DNA of 64,000 nucleotides from Flectonema sp. DT1601 (taxonomy: Eukaryota): contig OZ025794.1 of assembly GCA_964019425.1 (NCBI GenBank), positions 1,054,001 through 1,118,000 on the forward strand, written 5' to 3'. Under the pieces are notes generated by a model. It was not told the origin of the DNA. It saw nothing but the letters and a program-made list of their open reading frames with translations, and made no database searches. The translations under genes and the position numbers were made by a program. Below, in pieces: positions 12,401 through 27,400 of this stretch; the first letter of the stretch is position 1, and each line of letters opens with the position of its first letter.

Positions 12401-15400
12401 AACAGAGAAGTCCTCAAGTGGTGGTACCCTGTAGTACTTAATCTGCATAGTGCTGCCGTGGTAGGTAACTTCACTTCCCAATTCACCAGTTGAAGTAAAT
12501 TCGAGAACCGTTTGTGCTCCTGGTAGATCGTCAACTTGAATTCCAACACTACTTGGAACAGTAACTATCACAGGTACGTAATTTCCGTCGCTCACAACTG
12601 GGAAAGTGATGTCACTCTGAAGAACGTATTTTCTACCCTCCGCGGTGAAGAGGGAGAGTTGTCCTCTCACATTCGCAGGAGCCCTCGCGTAAAGTACGAA
12701 CCCAACACTCGACAACTCAACAAGAGTAGATGGAAGTCCTCTGAACGAAGCACCTCTCTCGAAAGAGTTGACAACGCGACCAACACCGTGAGTGAGCTTC
12801 ATGGTGGTGGTTCCCGAGAAGGTTGACCACCTGAAGTTCTTCCTACCTCCGATGACTCCCTTAATAGATGTCGAGAAGCTGGCTGGTGCCCTCTGGGCAG
12901 TCTGAGTTGGGATGGACGCGGTTCCGGAGATCTCCCACCTCAATTGGTCAGCAGTGAATCTTACTCCCTCTCCAGAGTTTGATAACAGAACCCTCATAGA
13001 CTTTGCCAACACGCTCTGAGTTCTACCTGTGGCTCCCTCCCCGTACCACATTGGCCACGCGGTGTGACGCTGGCGTCTCACAACGGAGTCACTCTGTGGC
13101 TTGCAGTCTGAGAAGATACCAACCAATATAAGGTTACCATTTTCATCCCTACCTCCAGAGTACACACAAACAGTGGCCAATGGAGTCATGGTGTTGCTGT
13201 TCTTCAGAGCGATAATTTCGTACGTCTCCGTAGCCGAAGCGGTGACAGTCTTGAGAGCAGCGAACAGAACATCGCTGTCGATTTGAATCCACTCCGGGGC
13301 GTTTTGTGGGTTGCGTGGGTTGGTAGCGAAGATGACCGAGTTCCAGGCCTGGGTACCGCTAGTTCTAGTGAAAGCACCTCCAGCAACACCGCCGCCATCC
13401 TGAAGCGAAGTGAGCTGCCAGAGACGGCCAACAGTCGTGGCAAATAAGGAGGCTCCCCTTACAGCAGGTGCACCAAAGTCAGCAAGTGGCATGTATCCGG
13501 TGGCCTCGCCGGTACGATCCAAGTTGAACATGTTGCTGGCCAGGGTACCCGATCCGAGCTTGTACGCTCCTCCAACAACAGCTCCACCAACGTAGTTTCC
13601 AAGACGGGTGCGGAGGAATCTACAGAAGTAGTCGCTGCTGGTGGTGTCTGAACTACCGAGAGCGAATATTCCTTCGTCAGGAAGACCCAAAGCAGCGCCA
13701 GTAACACCAGCAAGGGATCCGGTTGCGTACGCGCTCAAGATTGTGTCACAAGACTCGTAGACGATGTTGTCACGTGTGTTCAATGCTGGAATAGTCAAGT
13801 CTTCGGTAAATCTCAGATAATCGTTGTTAATTCTCAAAGCCTGAACAGCGGCAGTGTTCTCGATCTGTCTGTCTCCAAAACAGGTGCACTCGCCGTTGCT
13901 CTGGCACAGACCGTGTCCAGAGCACTCTTTTCCGTTCTGCTCGTTGATTGGACAGATGCGGAACTGACATCTCTCTCCGTAGTATCCCTCAGCGCACTTC
14001 TCACAGTTGTCACCGTCCCAGTATCCCAACAAGTCGTTTCTGTGACAGTTTCTACATGGAGGCGGAAGCGGGTACTGGCCTCCGTTTCCAGAGCAGAACC
14101 GGTTTCCACACTTGGAACGGAATTCAGAATCAGCGGTGTCGCGCATGAGTCCACCACAGCAGAATGACAGAGCTCTTCTGCAACAGAAAGGTGAGAACAA
14201 GCCCTCCAATTCAGCTGGACACGACCAAGCTGGGTCGTTTCCACCACAGTATCCGTTGTTGTTGCAGGTGGCAGGAGTGCAAGTCGCAATCTTTGGTGTT
14301 GGAGGAAGAGTACGAGTTCTGACAATAGTTGGTCCACACTCAGCTACGAGTACCAACTTGCGGTCAGCCGCAGCGTCATTCTGGCGGGGAACAGTTGTAG
14401 TGTACAGGAGACTGACCTCCTCTTCTTCAACAAGCAGTGCGAGATTAAATTCATCAAAGTCAATACCGCAAGTAGTTGAAGCAAGATCCTCAGTTCTATC
14501 GCAAACCAATCTAATCGAGACGTAGTTCGAACGAGCTGGAGCGGTGTGAGCCAACGCGTTGGTGACCCAGCCAGCGCCAGTTGAAGTGGCTGGAATCTCA
14601 ACAACGAAGGTGTTCAACAACGCAGATTGCTCAGTTCCTCTGATATCTCTCCAGTACGATACCTCGACGCGACCAGTGTGTCTGTTTGCGGATGCCGACA
14701 CTCTGTGCTTAAACTGAACGGAGTATGATCTGAGTGGGATGATTCTACCAGGTTGGTGGAGACGGCAACAGTCATTGGTCTCCGGTGCCTGTTCGGCATT
14801 GCAAATATTCTGGGAAGATGTATCGCATGCGTTTCCGGTAATCAACTTTCTACCGTTCGTGACGTACCTCATGTGAAGTATCGGTTCCGCGGCAGTTGTG
14901 CTGGCAGTGAAGTAGTTTCCGATGCTTCCAGCAACAGGTGCAGCAACGACCCAGTCACCGACAAAGTTAACTCTTTCATCGACTGTCGAGACGAAGTTAT
15001 CCCATCCTCCAGTGTTTTCATTTCCAGCCACAGATGTATCAATTCCGAAGCTCTGTAGAGCTTGTCCAACAGTTAGTGAACCAGCTCCTCCGTTGGTGAG
15101 CGGGTCCATTGGAGGCTGGGCATAGTGAACAGAGAACCCAGCAACACCAACGTTGTTGAACGAAGTGGTCGTCATACTCGCTGGTGTGAGAAGCTGCTGG
15201 CCTGGTTCCTTGTTGAGGACCGAGACAGTGGCCGTGTGCATCGTGCAGTCATACTCCTTCGATGGGAAGACGGATGCTCTGGTTTCGTCAAAGGACTCAA
15301 AGCAATCAATGGAGTTGCCCATAAAATCAACTAATCCAACAGATGAGTGCCAAGCTTCCCTTGTGTATACCATCTCTTGGACATCCAAACACTTCAGAGC

Positions 15401-18400
15401 ATGTGGTGGACCTGGTCTGGCGTGAATGATGTCAGTACGGCAAGAGACAAAAAAACGGGAGCGGAGGTCATAGACACCAACAACAATTCTGAAGTCTTCA
15501 TGAGCGACAGGATACCACAAGTCTTCGACTCTTCTTGTGAATTGTAATCCTTCGTGAATGCAGTTTGCAGGTTCGGTGACGCCACCAGCAGCAGCAACAC
15601 AGCGACGGTTGGCTGAGAACGACACATCCAGCGGGAAGCCATCGAAGAACGGAATTGTTGTGAACATCGTCTCACTTACAGTGAATGGAACTCCGAGAGC
15701 CCAGACGAGGAATCCAACATTTGATGTGCTGTCCTGAACATATGGTTCACCAATTGCCTTCAGGTAACGGGTCCAGTGTACGTTACCATCGACAGTAGCA
15801 GTTGTGTACACATCAGCACCGAATGCAATGACATGATTATCTCCATATACCAATGTCTTGAATTGAGATACAATTGGCAACGCGACGTCGTCGGCAGAAG
15901 TTCTCACCAGAGTTACTCTGTATTGCCAGCTGAGAGTAATAGAAACATCGGTAACTCTTCTGTTTTCATCTCTCTTTAGGACAATCTTCATCTCATCAGC
16001 AGAGTGAGTGTACCATTCCAGTCCGCTGAATGTGCTCTCCCCTGACATTTGGATAGCTCCCGTGAACACCACTTCACCAACAGTCATAGCCAGTAAGTAG
16101 TTACCATTAGCAAGAAGGGTAGACTTCAGTGTCAAGAAAGCGTAATCGTCTCCCATAGTAGGTTCGTACAGCTCAACAATGTTGAACTGGGTACCAACCT
16201 CAGCTCCAACAATGCGATGTACGAGGGAAATGGTCACCTCATCACCCGCAGTTGCCTGAAGTGGAACAGAAACTACGTCTCCGGTGAAACTAATTGGCTC
16301 GCGCAATGCAACGCTTCTTAGCGATCCCCTGCGGTACTGAATCTCATCAAAGAAGTTGAAGTCGAAGAGCAGTTCACTAATTCTGTTGGCGGAATTACCA
16401 GCCGCAACTGAATAGATTAATGACTCCGTTGCATATGGAACCTCGTGAACACGCACTCCCCATCTGTCAACGAGGTCGTACTCAACTGGGAACGAGAATC
16501 TTGGTCCGGCAACGACACCATCGTAGTCAGGGGATGCAAGGATGTTGCAGGATTGCGGAATATCCGGAGTGACCAGAATTGGAGGGAGTCTCTCAAACAG
16601 ACAACCAAACAGTCCCTCGGTCTCTCCCATTCCGAGGCAGTAGGTGGACAATGAACAGGAGTTCGCTCCATCGCAGGTGCCCTCTTGTCCGTGAGTTGCG
16701 TAGGCAACCAACCAGATGTATCCCTGGGATGTTGTTGGCAAGGTCCTCAGGAAGTCAGCAGATACGTACAGCCCACCGAAGACCGCTTCGCCGCCAACAG
16801 TCAGCTGATCGACGAATTGGTGACCTCCGTCCTGTTGGGCAGAAGACTGGAACTGGGAAACCTCAACAGCCTCTAATTCAGCTGCGGTAGTAAATCTCAA
16901 CGTGCCGTCCCCATTGAATGGGTTCTCGATAAAAGCACGCACCCTGATGTTGAAGTTACCACCAACGTTGGTGAACCTATCCTCAAGGTGAACAGCTACA
17001 GTGAAACCACGGTGGATGACGACCTCCGAAGGTAAAGAAGAGTCAACGACAATGTTTCTTGGACAGCCGTGGATGAATTGAACAGCTTCAGTTGCGAAAG
17101 CTGGAGTGTATCCCTCACCTCCAGTTGCGTAGTCGTGTCTGAAGCTAGCCAAGATGCGTCCCCTTCTGGTCCAGGCAGCGCTTCTGTCAACCTGTCCGTT
17201 GATGGCTCCTACCGGAGTGGCATCAACGGTGTTCAAAGTGCAAGTGATGGTGTGCGGTCTGGTGGAGATGGCAGCATCGCAAGCGAATGGACCGTTCGAC
17301 ACAAGACCGTCCACGGTTCTCAAATCAACCATGACCCTTGCCCCGGCAGGAGTGGAGACAAGTTCCTCGTGAGTAGAACGCAACAATTCAACCTGGTACG
17401 CAAACTGGTCACCAGCTCTTCTGCAGGCATCCGCATTCTTCGGAGTTGGCTCGGTGATAATGACGATGGCATTCTGAATGGTTTCAATCCAACCGGTCTC
17501 CTTCCAGTAGGTGAACGGAGCCATTGGATCATCAGTTCTTACCTTCAATTCATCAAGACGCTGGCAGCTGAGTACTAACTTGAATTCACCCAATGACCTT
17601 CTGGTGAAGGTGTCCTTAAACCAGACGTAACTACTGTAGAATGGAACAGATCCCGTTGGTGAGCCGAGGTCAGATGTTGTTCCCATCAATAAGGTCGGAA
17701 TGTAGAACTCCTTAGGAGGAAATGCTCCAGTAAGTGGGTCAGGGTTAATCAGTGAGTTTGTGAGTCCACGCTCAAGTGGGAACTGAGCCAAGTGGTCATC
17801 GATGGCAGCCATCAGCTTTCTCGCCGACCTACCGCTCTGAATGGTGGCAGCTTCCTGTGGTGAACTGTCGAGAGGGGTTAAGTCTGGTTCTCCCTCAGTA
17901 ACTCTCGGTCTGTAAATGACGACTAAGAACCATCTCGCAGAGATAACGACGTTCAGTCTACCTCTGCAGTTATTGTATGAATTATCAACAGAGCGTCTGT
18001 CAGCACACGTTGTTAGAATGGTAACAATTTGAACCGCAATGAGGTACGCTCTTGGGGTGGTGATAACAAACTTCAGGACGAGGTAAGTCGTGCCTTGTTG
18101 CGACAGATGACGGTCGGCACCCGAAGTTGCGCTGGGGGTGACTTCGTTGATTGACTCGAGAACGACCTCTCCCTCTTCCAAGCCGGAGATATCCAAGAAC
18201 TCGGCGGTGGCAGTTGCCACACTGAAACCCTCCTGCTCAACAGTAATCTCAATAGCTGCCCTGTTGTCAGATGTTGGGGCCTCAGCGCGGAACGTTTCTC
18301 CTTCAACGGCATCAAACCTGGCCTCCGAGACTTCCAGTCGGCACTCAATCGGTCCGTAACGGTGCCACTCAAATCCTTGGTTTCCAAACCTATCGAAGTG

Positions 18401-21400
18401 ACTGGCACTGACACCGTAGTCAAACGGCTCATCGAATCTGACTGAAGTGTCGTATCTCAATTCCCTCAACTCATAAGGTTCGTTGTGACGCATGTTTCCA
18501 ATTACTTCCTGATCGAATGTAATTCCCACAGGTGTGCAAGTAGCGAAAATCGTCGACGCCGTAACCCGCATGAATTCTTCCAGGCGAGTCTGAAGTTCAA
18601 AGATTTGCTTGGATTGGGTAGTCACAATAAATCCATTTCTGTCGACGTTGGTTTCCTTCTCTACGTAGACAACACCAGTATGGGTGATGACGTAGGCGTA
18701 GCGACCTGGATCGGTGGTGTACTTGGCAGTGTTTAGTACTTCAGTGGCGGTGAAGGATGTTGCCGAGCTCGGTTGGTATCCGTTTCCGTATGAGAAAGAA
18801 AACCCGGCTATAACTCTCGCGACAACACCCCCGTGGTCAATAGTAAGGACGTTACCGTACTGATCGTGTATTTCGAATTCGACGTCGAATGGCTTACCAG
18901 CAACTGGCAGTGATTCGTACTTCGTAATTCTGATTCCACGAGGGTTGCATGCTTCGAAGCGAAGACTGGTAGTTGGTGGTGCCGGCTTAGAACCTAAACC
19001 GTTAGTAATCCAGTTGGGTGTGTCGACCTGGAAGGTAGCAGTTCCAGGTCTGGTGTATCTGAGACCACTGAAAGTAGCCACTCCATTCACCAACAGTAAT
19101 CCATTTGTAACCGCCGTGTGGAGTGCTGGAGAAGCGTTGTCGGAATCGGAGCTCGTGACGATGAATCCGTCTCCCCTGGTAACTGAAACGGTCAACCTTC
19201 CAATGAGTGAAGTCCACTTGTCTGCCTCCTGACATGTTCTTGAGGCAAGGTTACCATACTCATCCCATGCCCTTACGGTGATTGAGAATTCATCAATCGG
19301 ACTGCAGGAAATACAAACAACTCCCGGACTAACAGGGTTGGTCGCCGTAATCGTCGAGGTAAGAGTCCTTGGCTTGCTAGGAGCGATGTCAACGGTCATC
19401 TCAGCGTCTTCACAGGTGATGGCGGATCCATCAGCCCTGTAAATGGTAGCCATTACCTTGATTTCCTCGGACTTCGTGTATCTTAGCGAGAAGTCGAATC
19501 TTCCGGATTCGGAGAAGGCTGAAGTCTCACCGATCAAAGATGAGGTACCCTGGGTAAGTGCCAACGTTGCCGACGCCTGTTGAACAACAGTGGCTCCCAA
19601 ACCTGAGCAGCTGGTCACGGATTCCTCAACGCAAAGCACTTCCGGTGAAGCTGCGCACTGCACCAACTTCATCGAGTACTTGACAGCACCGTTGTCAGAC
19701 TCCGGGGTAATCACCTGTTCTCTTCTAATGGCAATGCATTCTCCACCAGTTGCAACAGCCTCAACAATCTGAGCGTACGATCTGCTGTCTTCAAATGGAT
19801 GCTGACCAGCTGGAAGCCTCACGCCGGCGTCGTCGACCCAGAATCCGAGAGAATTTAAGTACAGGTGGCTGTCTCTGGTGATCAACTCACGAACATTGTT
19901 TACGTATCTGGTGGAAACACCAACAACAATTTCCTGAGAAAACAACGACGAATCGAATAGAGGACCGACCATTGTTTTCCACTCACGGTGCTGAGGGAAA
20001 AACGGAAGACTTCCCGCAGGACAGGAGCCCATGCGAGTTGACACACAGCGAGCAGAGTCCTGGACAACAGCGCTGCCGTAGGTATCACGTGCGGTGTAGG
20101 TGAAGTCGAAGCTTGTACCGGCTCTGGCGCACTGCTTTGGTCCTCTGCGGGAACATTTATCAACCCTTCCTGGCAACACGGTCACCGCAATCTCACACTC
20201 CTCAGCGAAGTCAGATTGGATCGTAATCTTTCTTCTCACAAGGTTGGGCTGATCGTCATCACTGAAGACTCCAGGAATTCTTGAATTGAACTTCATGCGA
20301 GGGAACCAAACCTTTCCTGCTTCAGATAGGACTCTAGTTGGGTCAACAGTCAAAGTGTAAGTAGTAACACCATTAGACTTCCTCTCACTGCTCCATGCTG
20401 AAACAGTCATGGTATCGAAGTAAGAAGGGAATGCCGTTTCCGCCTTGAACAAAGTGTCGTCAGACACAACCATCTCACCACTTTCATCAAAGACACTGAT
20501 GGAGATGGTAGCAGCCTGCATACCCCCTGCAATGTTGCTTCTAATGTAAGCAGACAGATCGAATTCCTCTCCAGCTCTGACGGTAAGTTGCTGGAATGGA
20601 CAAATAACTTCGTCGTTTTTGACTACAACATCACAGCTATCACCATCAAGCGCACCATATCCATCGTAAACCACGAGTGTTGTCTGACCATCGCACCTTT
20701 CGTTAGCTGAGGCATCAGCCAAACACGCACTTCTGACATCAGCATCTGGAATCCAAATAGCATCATCAAAGAGAGCGTATCCAACATCAACGTCGTTAGT
20801 GAGGGAACCACTGAGAACTCCTCCCCTTCCGGCGAAGGCATTTGGAGCGGTTCCGCCAACCCTCGGGTCCACGTTAGCAAAGTCAGCTGCCCGTGTCGAT
20901 ACGGCGTATCGAACCTCTGAGTATGAAGTTCTCAACTCGTAGACCGCAAAAGTCCCAGGATTGGTGCACTCCAATTCACCACCTGGACATCCGACCCGAC
21001 ACTGAAATGCGTCTGCATCAGGGTAGGTTGGAACATCTGACCTGAAACAGTAACAACCGGTGTCCCTAACGATTGCAAAGTCCTTCGCTCCCTCATCGGC
21101 GCATGCAAGCATACACTTGTTGAGGTTCAACGCTCCCGAGATCGTAGCGTAGTTTCCACCGGACAACGATCCCGTCTTACAGCTAAAGTCGCTTACCGAC
21201 ATTGGGTTCTCAGTCGTGCAAACGTTTCCATCGGCATCCAACACAGCGACGTTCAAATCGAATATCGTTTGCCTCGTTCCGACAACTGGAATTGATCGGG
21301 TTTCGTCGTTGCACGCCTTTGGAGAAATGATCTGGAGCCTTCTTGGGATACAATGGTTGACCTTGATGGCCTGTGGCATGGCAGGCCTGATAGCAGGAAC

Positions 21401-24400
21401 TCCGTCAAGGGAAATAGTGAATGCGATGCCAGAGTCGACAAGGGAGTGAGCTCCCTTGATGACGGCATGACCTTGGACTAAGATCAAGTTAGACATCTGA
21501 GTGTACTTCGTTTCTGGGTCGTTGTTCACATACTTCTCTGGCTGCAACGTTCTCATCGACAACGCCAGTGCGGCGTTGGCGTGAGTGTTAAACCTGCCCG
21601 ATCGAGCGTCGGTGATTCTGTTACCACACTTGTCACGGAGCTCAACTTCGTACTGGAACGGTTCGCAGTCACCGTTTCCGTATGATCTGATTTCCGTTGG
21701 CGGCTGAGTAAGGGTTTTCAGCCTGAGAGCAGGACCCGTCAGCATCTTAATTTCTGGGAGAGAGTTGCAACAGACTCGCGGAGTCGGATGCAAGCACGAG
21801 TTGCCAGAGCAGGGCCTGGAGCACTGCGAAAGTCCCCCCTGAGATAGTTGGGACGCATCCGCAACCCCAGATGATGTGGGGAACCCTTCCACCAGATCCG
21901 TGTTGACGACGTAGATTCTAATGTCTTCAGCCTTGTCGTAAGTGAATCGGAAGGTAACAAGACCATTCACAGCGAGCACAGCATTTCCTCCAAGTTCACC
22001 AGTTCCCTGTCTCAATTGAGCAACAACTCTGTGAGAAACTGGAACCACGTTGTTCCAGAAATCAACAATCTCAAGCCTGACCTCTATCGGACCATCAGCA
22101 GTCCCGCACTCTGATACGTGCCACTCAGTTGGAACAGAAAGAATGTTCATGTGATGAGGATCGTTTGGAATAACAATAATGTCCTGACTGTAGGAAGGTC
22201 CACATCTCGACATCGTAGAAGGAATGGAGTGAGTGAACTCGAATCTAATAGTCTCAGCTCTGTTGTGCCAGAGACCTCCGAAGTTAACTCTGTGGCTGAC
22301 GATAGCCTCACGGAATGGTTCAATGATGTCCCTAACGATGACGTTCAATCCGTTCCCGACCGTAGTTTGGCAAAGTCCCTGAGCAGGTGGGTACTCCCCA
22401 TCAAAGATACATCCACACTGGTTGTCGAATATAGCAACAGAAGTAGCACCCTGGTCACGGCAGCACCTGTTGCAACTAGGTCCAGTTGTGTGAATCATGC
22501 TCGTCAGTCTGAACTCGAGAGGGACCTTCACGCATCTTCTCGCTCCCAAGAAATTTCCGGCATCAAACAAAGTTCCCTCCGGAGTTCCCAACGTAGGCGT
22601 AAACACGTCAAGTGTTAGGAAGGCATCCTGACAAGGAATACCACCAATTTGACCAGTAATACCATATGCAACCTGTGCCCATCCATTGTCTGGGATGTAT
22701 GACAGTCCTCTGAATAGCTGACAGGTGTTTGCTGGAACCTGTTGGGTCACATCTTCGGCATCAGCAAAAGAGACCCCACGGGTGTTAAAGTTCCAAGCCG
22801 TGCAGCGGGCATCGCCCTTGCATACAGACTGACAAGCGTTCCAGTTGAGGGCGTCGACACTCCTGATGAGTCTGCCCTTAGTCTTTACTGGTAATCTCCA
22901 CTGGTTCCTCTGGACATCACAGTACGCAACGTTTCCAAATCCCCCACTTGGGTTTGAAACACCGTCGTGAAGGGCAACAGTAACAGAGAACACAGTTCCC
23001 GCTCTCACAGTAGCTGGCTGCCTTTTAATCGCAAACTTGCATGCGGTACCTGGGACAACGTTAATCGGCCATGGCTCACTGGATTGGCAAACACCATCCC
23101 TGTGGACGGCTGTCACCCAGAACACGGCAGGGGAACTGTATACGGTCCAGTCAAGGCCACTAAATGAAGCCCCGAAGTATCCCGAGTACTGCCCGTCAAG
23201 TGCTGCTGCGGCAATTGGGGTGGCATCCGCAAGAACGTCTCTTGGACTGTTAATGTTGTTGACAAATCTCGATTGCTTCAAATAGATTTCAGTTCCAGTG
23301 CTTACCTCGTCACCGTTAGCAAGCTGCTCACCACCCGGTCCGGTGACAAGAACAGTAATGGCGTTAATGTTGTGCATCGTGTATGGGGATGCGTTCATCT
23401 GCTTTCCAGCGATCATCGTTCTGCTGCCCGATCTCGGTGAGCTGGATGCCGGGATGGTCAACTTACAACGAGAGCACTTCATAGCGTTGCTCAGTACCAA
23501 TGGCTTAGTCCTGCATACCTTAGTTGGTGGGGTGGTCTGGCAAGTAACAGTAACAGACATCTGAGCCAGCATCTCAGTTGGGGTAACCTTGTTGACCCAG
23601 GTACAGCTCCCAGTGCAATCAGCCTGGACTCTGCCAGCGCAAGCAGTAGCGTCATCCCTTGAAACACAGTAACCATCAATCAGCGGATTGCCAATTGCAA
23701 TGTTTCTGAGTGACGAGACCGTAAATCCGCTGAATTCAACGTTTGCCGTAGTCATTGGAACCTGAAGTGGACCAGTTAATCTAATGCAGTCGGTGTCTTC
23801 AGGCCTGCATTTAACGGACTCGTCAGAAGTGGCAACAACTCCTCTGGCCCAGGTACATCCAGCAGCGACGCACTGGGTTCTTCTCCAGTGTCTGGTACAT
23901 TCAGCGGATCCACTGCACGCAGTCTCGTGAGGGCGAAGATCCCAAGCAAGCTTGTTCAAACTCCTCTCTGGGTACTCGAGATACCAAACATCGGCATCAC
24001 CAGCACACGTGATTGCTGGACTGGCATCCCTGAACCTGTACCGGCACTCAATTGAAGACTCAGAGTATCCTCCAAAGAAGAACAATGCTTTGTTCTGGCT
24101 AGGTGCGTGGTTGAAGAAGTGAGCCCTGCGACCGCCATATCTTTGTGGCATCTTAACTTCAGGCTTCCACTCACATGGAACAATGCAAGCCCTGACGTCC
24201 GTGTCCCAAGCGCACCTGTAGGCACTTTCGGCTTCGCAATCTTCCTGAGTGGCCAACATGCCGCAAGCGGCAGCGTCTGCATTGCATGCTGCCTCACTAC
24301 CACGTTCAGAGCAACGGTCAACGCCAGGTGATTTCGTTGTTGAAGAGATAAGTCCGAACCTTTCAACACATCCCTCAGTTCCAACTGGTGCCATAAAGTC

Positions 24401-27400
24401 TTCTCCCAAAGTCAACCACCCATCAACGAGTGAGTACATCTTGACTGCCTGCCTCCTTGATGTGCCGGAAATGACGTCTTCGCGGTTGTCGTACCCTCCG
24501 TAGAACGAAAACGCCAATCGGTCCTCATCGTATGCAACAGTTGAGCCGCTGACAGTTGGACCCTCATCAGTCTCCAGTCTCCATCCGGCAAATACGTTTT
24601 CAAGATCAATCGACCAGATAGTCGATTCAACAACAGCACCAAACGGTGGAACAATTCGAACACCACCCACAACGTACATACGAGTTCCAATCAAGAAGCC
24701 TTCTGCCTCGACACGTGCGTTGGGAGCAGCTCCCGAAATCGATACCGTCTCCCACTGTAGCTCAGGAACTGAAGAAGGGTCAAGAGCGGCAGTTAGGTCG
24801 ATGCTGTACAGTTGGGTGTTGGCTGGCATCCCGCCGTTGCGGTTCACTCCACCGATACCCGAGAAGTACCAAAGCTTGTTCTTGTAAACAACCGACGAAC
24901 CTCCGGCGAGCTGCGGCTTGAGGTTAGCTGCCAACCCAATTTGGTTCCACCTGTTTTGAGCTGTTTCGTATCTCCACATGTCACCGTTGCAGCATTCCAA
25001 ACCCTTGGAAGTACCTCCGAACACAAACATAACTTCCCCACCATTTGTTGCCCTCAACGAGTGGGCAGCGTGACCGAGTCTCCCAGCTGGACCAGCAGCG
25101 TCACAAGAGCTCATCGGAGCCCTTGTCGTCCCGTCGAGTTCGTAACATTCACCTCCAGCATCATTGCCCCTCAGGGAACCTGGCCTGGCCTTCAGACCAG
25201 TCATAACTTGAGCTTCAGCAACTTCCCATTCCTTGGTGTCAACGTCATAGCTCAACACTCTGGATCTCGGAATTTCAGGAACCTTCTGCTGGTACAGGTC
25301 GAGTGGTGAAGCAGTCGCACCACCGTAAACTGTGAACTTCGTAGCAGCCGCACCGAAGCGCTTGGTGGTAGTGTGTCCCCACAAGAACCTCAACTCACGG
25401 CTAACATCAGAAATGGAACGGGTCCAGGTGCCCGCAGCTGCAAGAGCAGGGGCGTTGACCTTGTACAAGTTTGTGGCCGAATCAAATGTCCATCCAGTGA
25501 TGCGGTCCGAGTTAGCGACCTGCAGCTGGACACTGCAGTCCCTAACTTGGTGGCTTCTGAGAACGTTTCCAGCGCGATCCCTGGCAACGATATCAACAGT
25601 GTCTTCGTTAGGTACGTCAAAGGTGCAGGTGTCCGGAGCGGAGATCTCGTGAAGTTGGCAGAGGTCACCCGGGCAGACGTTAATCGTTCTGTCAGACTTC
25701 AATTCGTAAGTGAGGGACTTCTTTGCGATGACGGCCAACTTCTCAAGAACTTCAATGCGAAGAGTGATCTTCTCCGCAATGGAATAGGACAAGTCGTCGA
25801 ATGTGGCGTATCCGTTCACAGTCTTCTTCGTCAACGTACCCCTGAGGGTAGTCGATGGGTTGGTTGACGAAGCAAGCATAATGGTAACCGTCAACGGAGT
25901 CAGATTCTTGATGTTTCCGAATCTGTCGCGAACAACAATTCTAACTCTTGGAATCATTCTTTCGGACGCAACGTGCGCAGACTGGGTACATGGCACATCA
26001 TCGGTTGGCTGTTCAATGAAAGCAGCCACCGAAAGGTCAGCTGGGCAGATGGCCAAAAACTTACCTCCCGGACAGGTTCTCTTGCCTTCACAGCAGAACT
26101 CAGTATCCTGCGGGCAGGTAATCTTCCATGGCGGACACTGATCATTCTCCTTGTTGATCACGGTGACCGGGCAAAGGAACGTTCCGGAACGGATGCTTGG
26201 CACATTTACCGCGCTCACAAAGACCGCAACATCCTCGGCCTTTGTGAACGAGACAGACATCCTTGCTTCACCATCTGCGATACGTCCGCTGACAACAGCT
26301 GGGATCGAAGGAGCGGTCTTCAGAGGGAAGGATGCCACGACACTACCAGTCTGAAGGTCGTGAACTCTGTTTCCGAACCTATCCCTAACGGTAGCAATGA
26401 TGCTAGTTACCTCCCCAGCGAATACATCAGGTGACCTCTGAACGCACTTCAATTGTTTTGGTGCAGCTGGAATGACTTCAATCTGACAGGTTTTACGAAG
26501 GTTCTCATCAGACCTCAATGGAGCAGTACATGGGCATTGAATATTACCCTCGCAGTAACAGAGACCATTGCCGGACAACCGGTTAACAAGAGGGAAATCA
26601 CAAGTGAAGGAAGTGGCTGACTCAGTTGTTTCAATTGAACTCGAGAATGTAGTAACGACGGCATAGCAGTAACGGTTAGTCGACTCCCATGACGCACCGT
26701 TGGCGTTCACAGAACCACCAAACCCAGAAGCGTGTTCCTTGACAGCCGCAACACACATTTCGAAGGTGTCGGTTTCCGCAACGAAAAGTGTGTTTCTGGA
26801 GTTAACGGCTCCCTTTCTTTCGGAACATCCCGACGGCGTCTCGATGTAGAAAGTAGCAGGCTGAGAAAATGGCTTCCCGGATGCAGAGTTGAACAACCAG
26901 GATGATTCCGCCTCCGCGTTGCCAGCTGGAGAGCAGAATCCTGGGAACCCAACGTCACTTCCAATTTGAGCATTGGTGAGGTCGTAACACGTGTCAAGTG
27001 GCCAAGCGTTCTGTCTCGCAACAGCATCAGCGTATGTCGAGTAGATCTCAATGTTTCCTCTCGTCAACCTGAACTCGTCCTTCAAGGCATCCAGCAAGTT
27101 AGTTTCAACTGTAAGAACTCTGATGAATGAGTCCTGACCTTCTGAGCTGCGTCTGATGACCTTGTTGGTGGCAGCGTTAAGCAGAACGTTGAACTGCGCG
27201 CTACCAACGTCGAATTCAGTACCACCCAATTTCAAAACTGGGGTCCACGCCACGTTACCTGGCGACGACACTGTTGGGAATCCGGTCTTGTAGCCATCGG
27301 TGCTCCATACATCAGCCCAGCAGGTGAGATCGTACATACCAGCAACGTGAAGAGTTGATTCAGAGGTGATAACCTGACCGTAGGTGTTCAAATTGGTTGC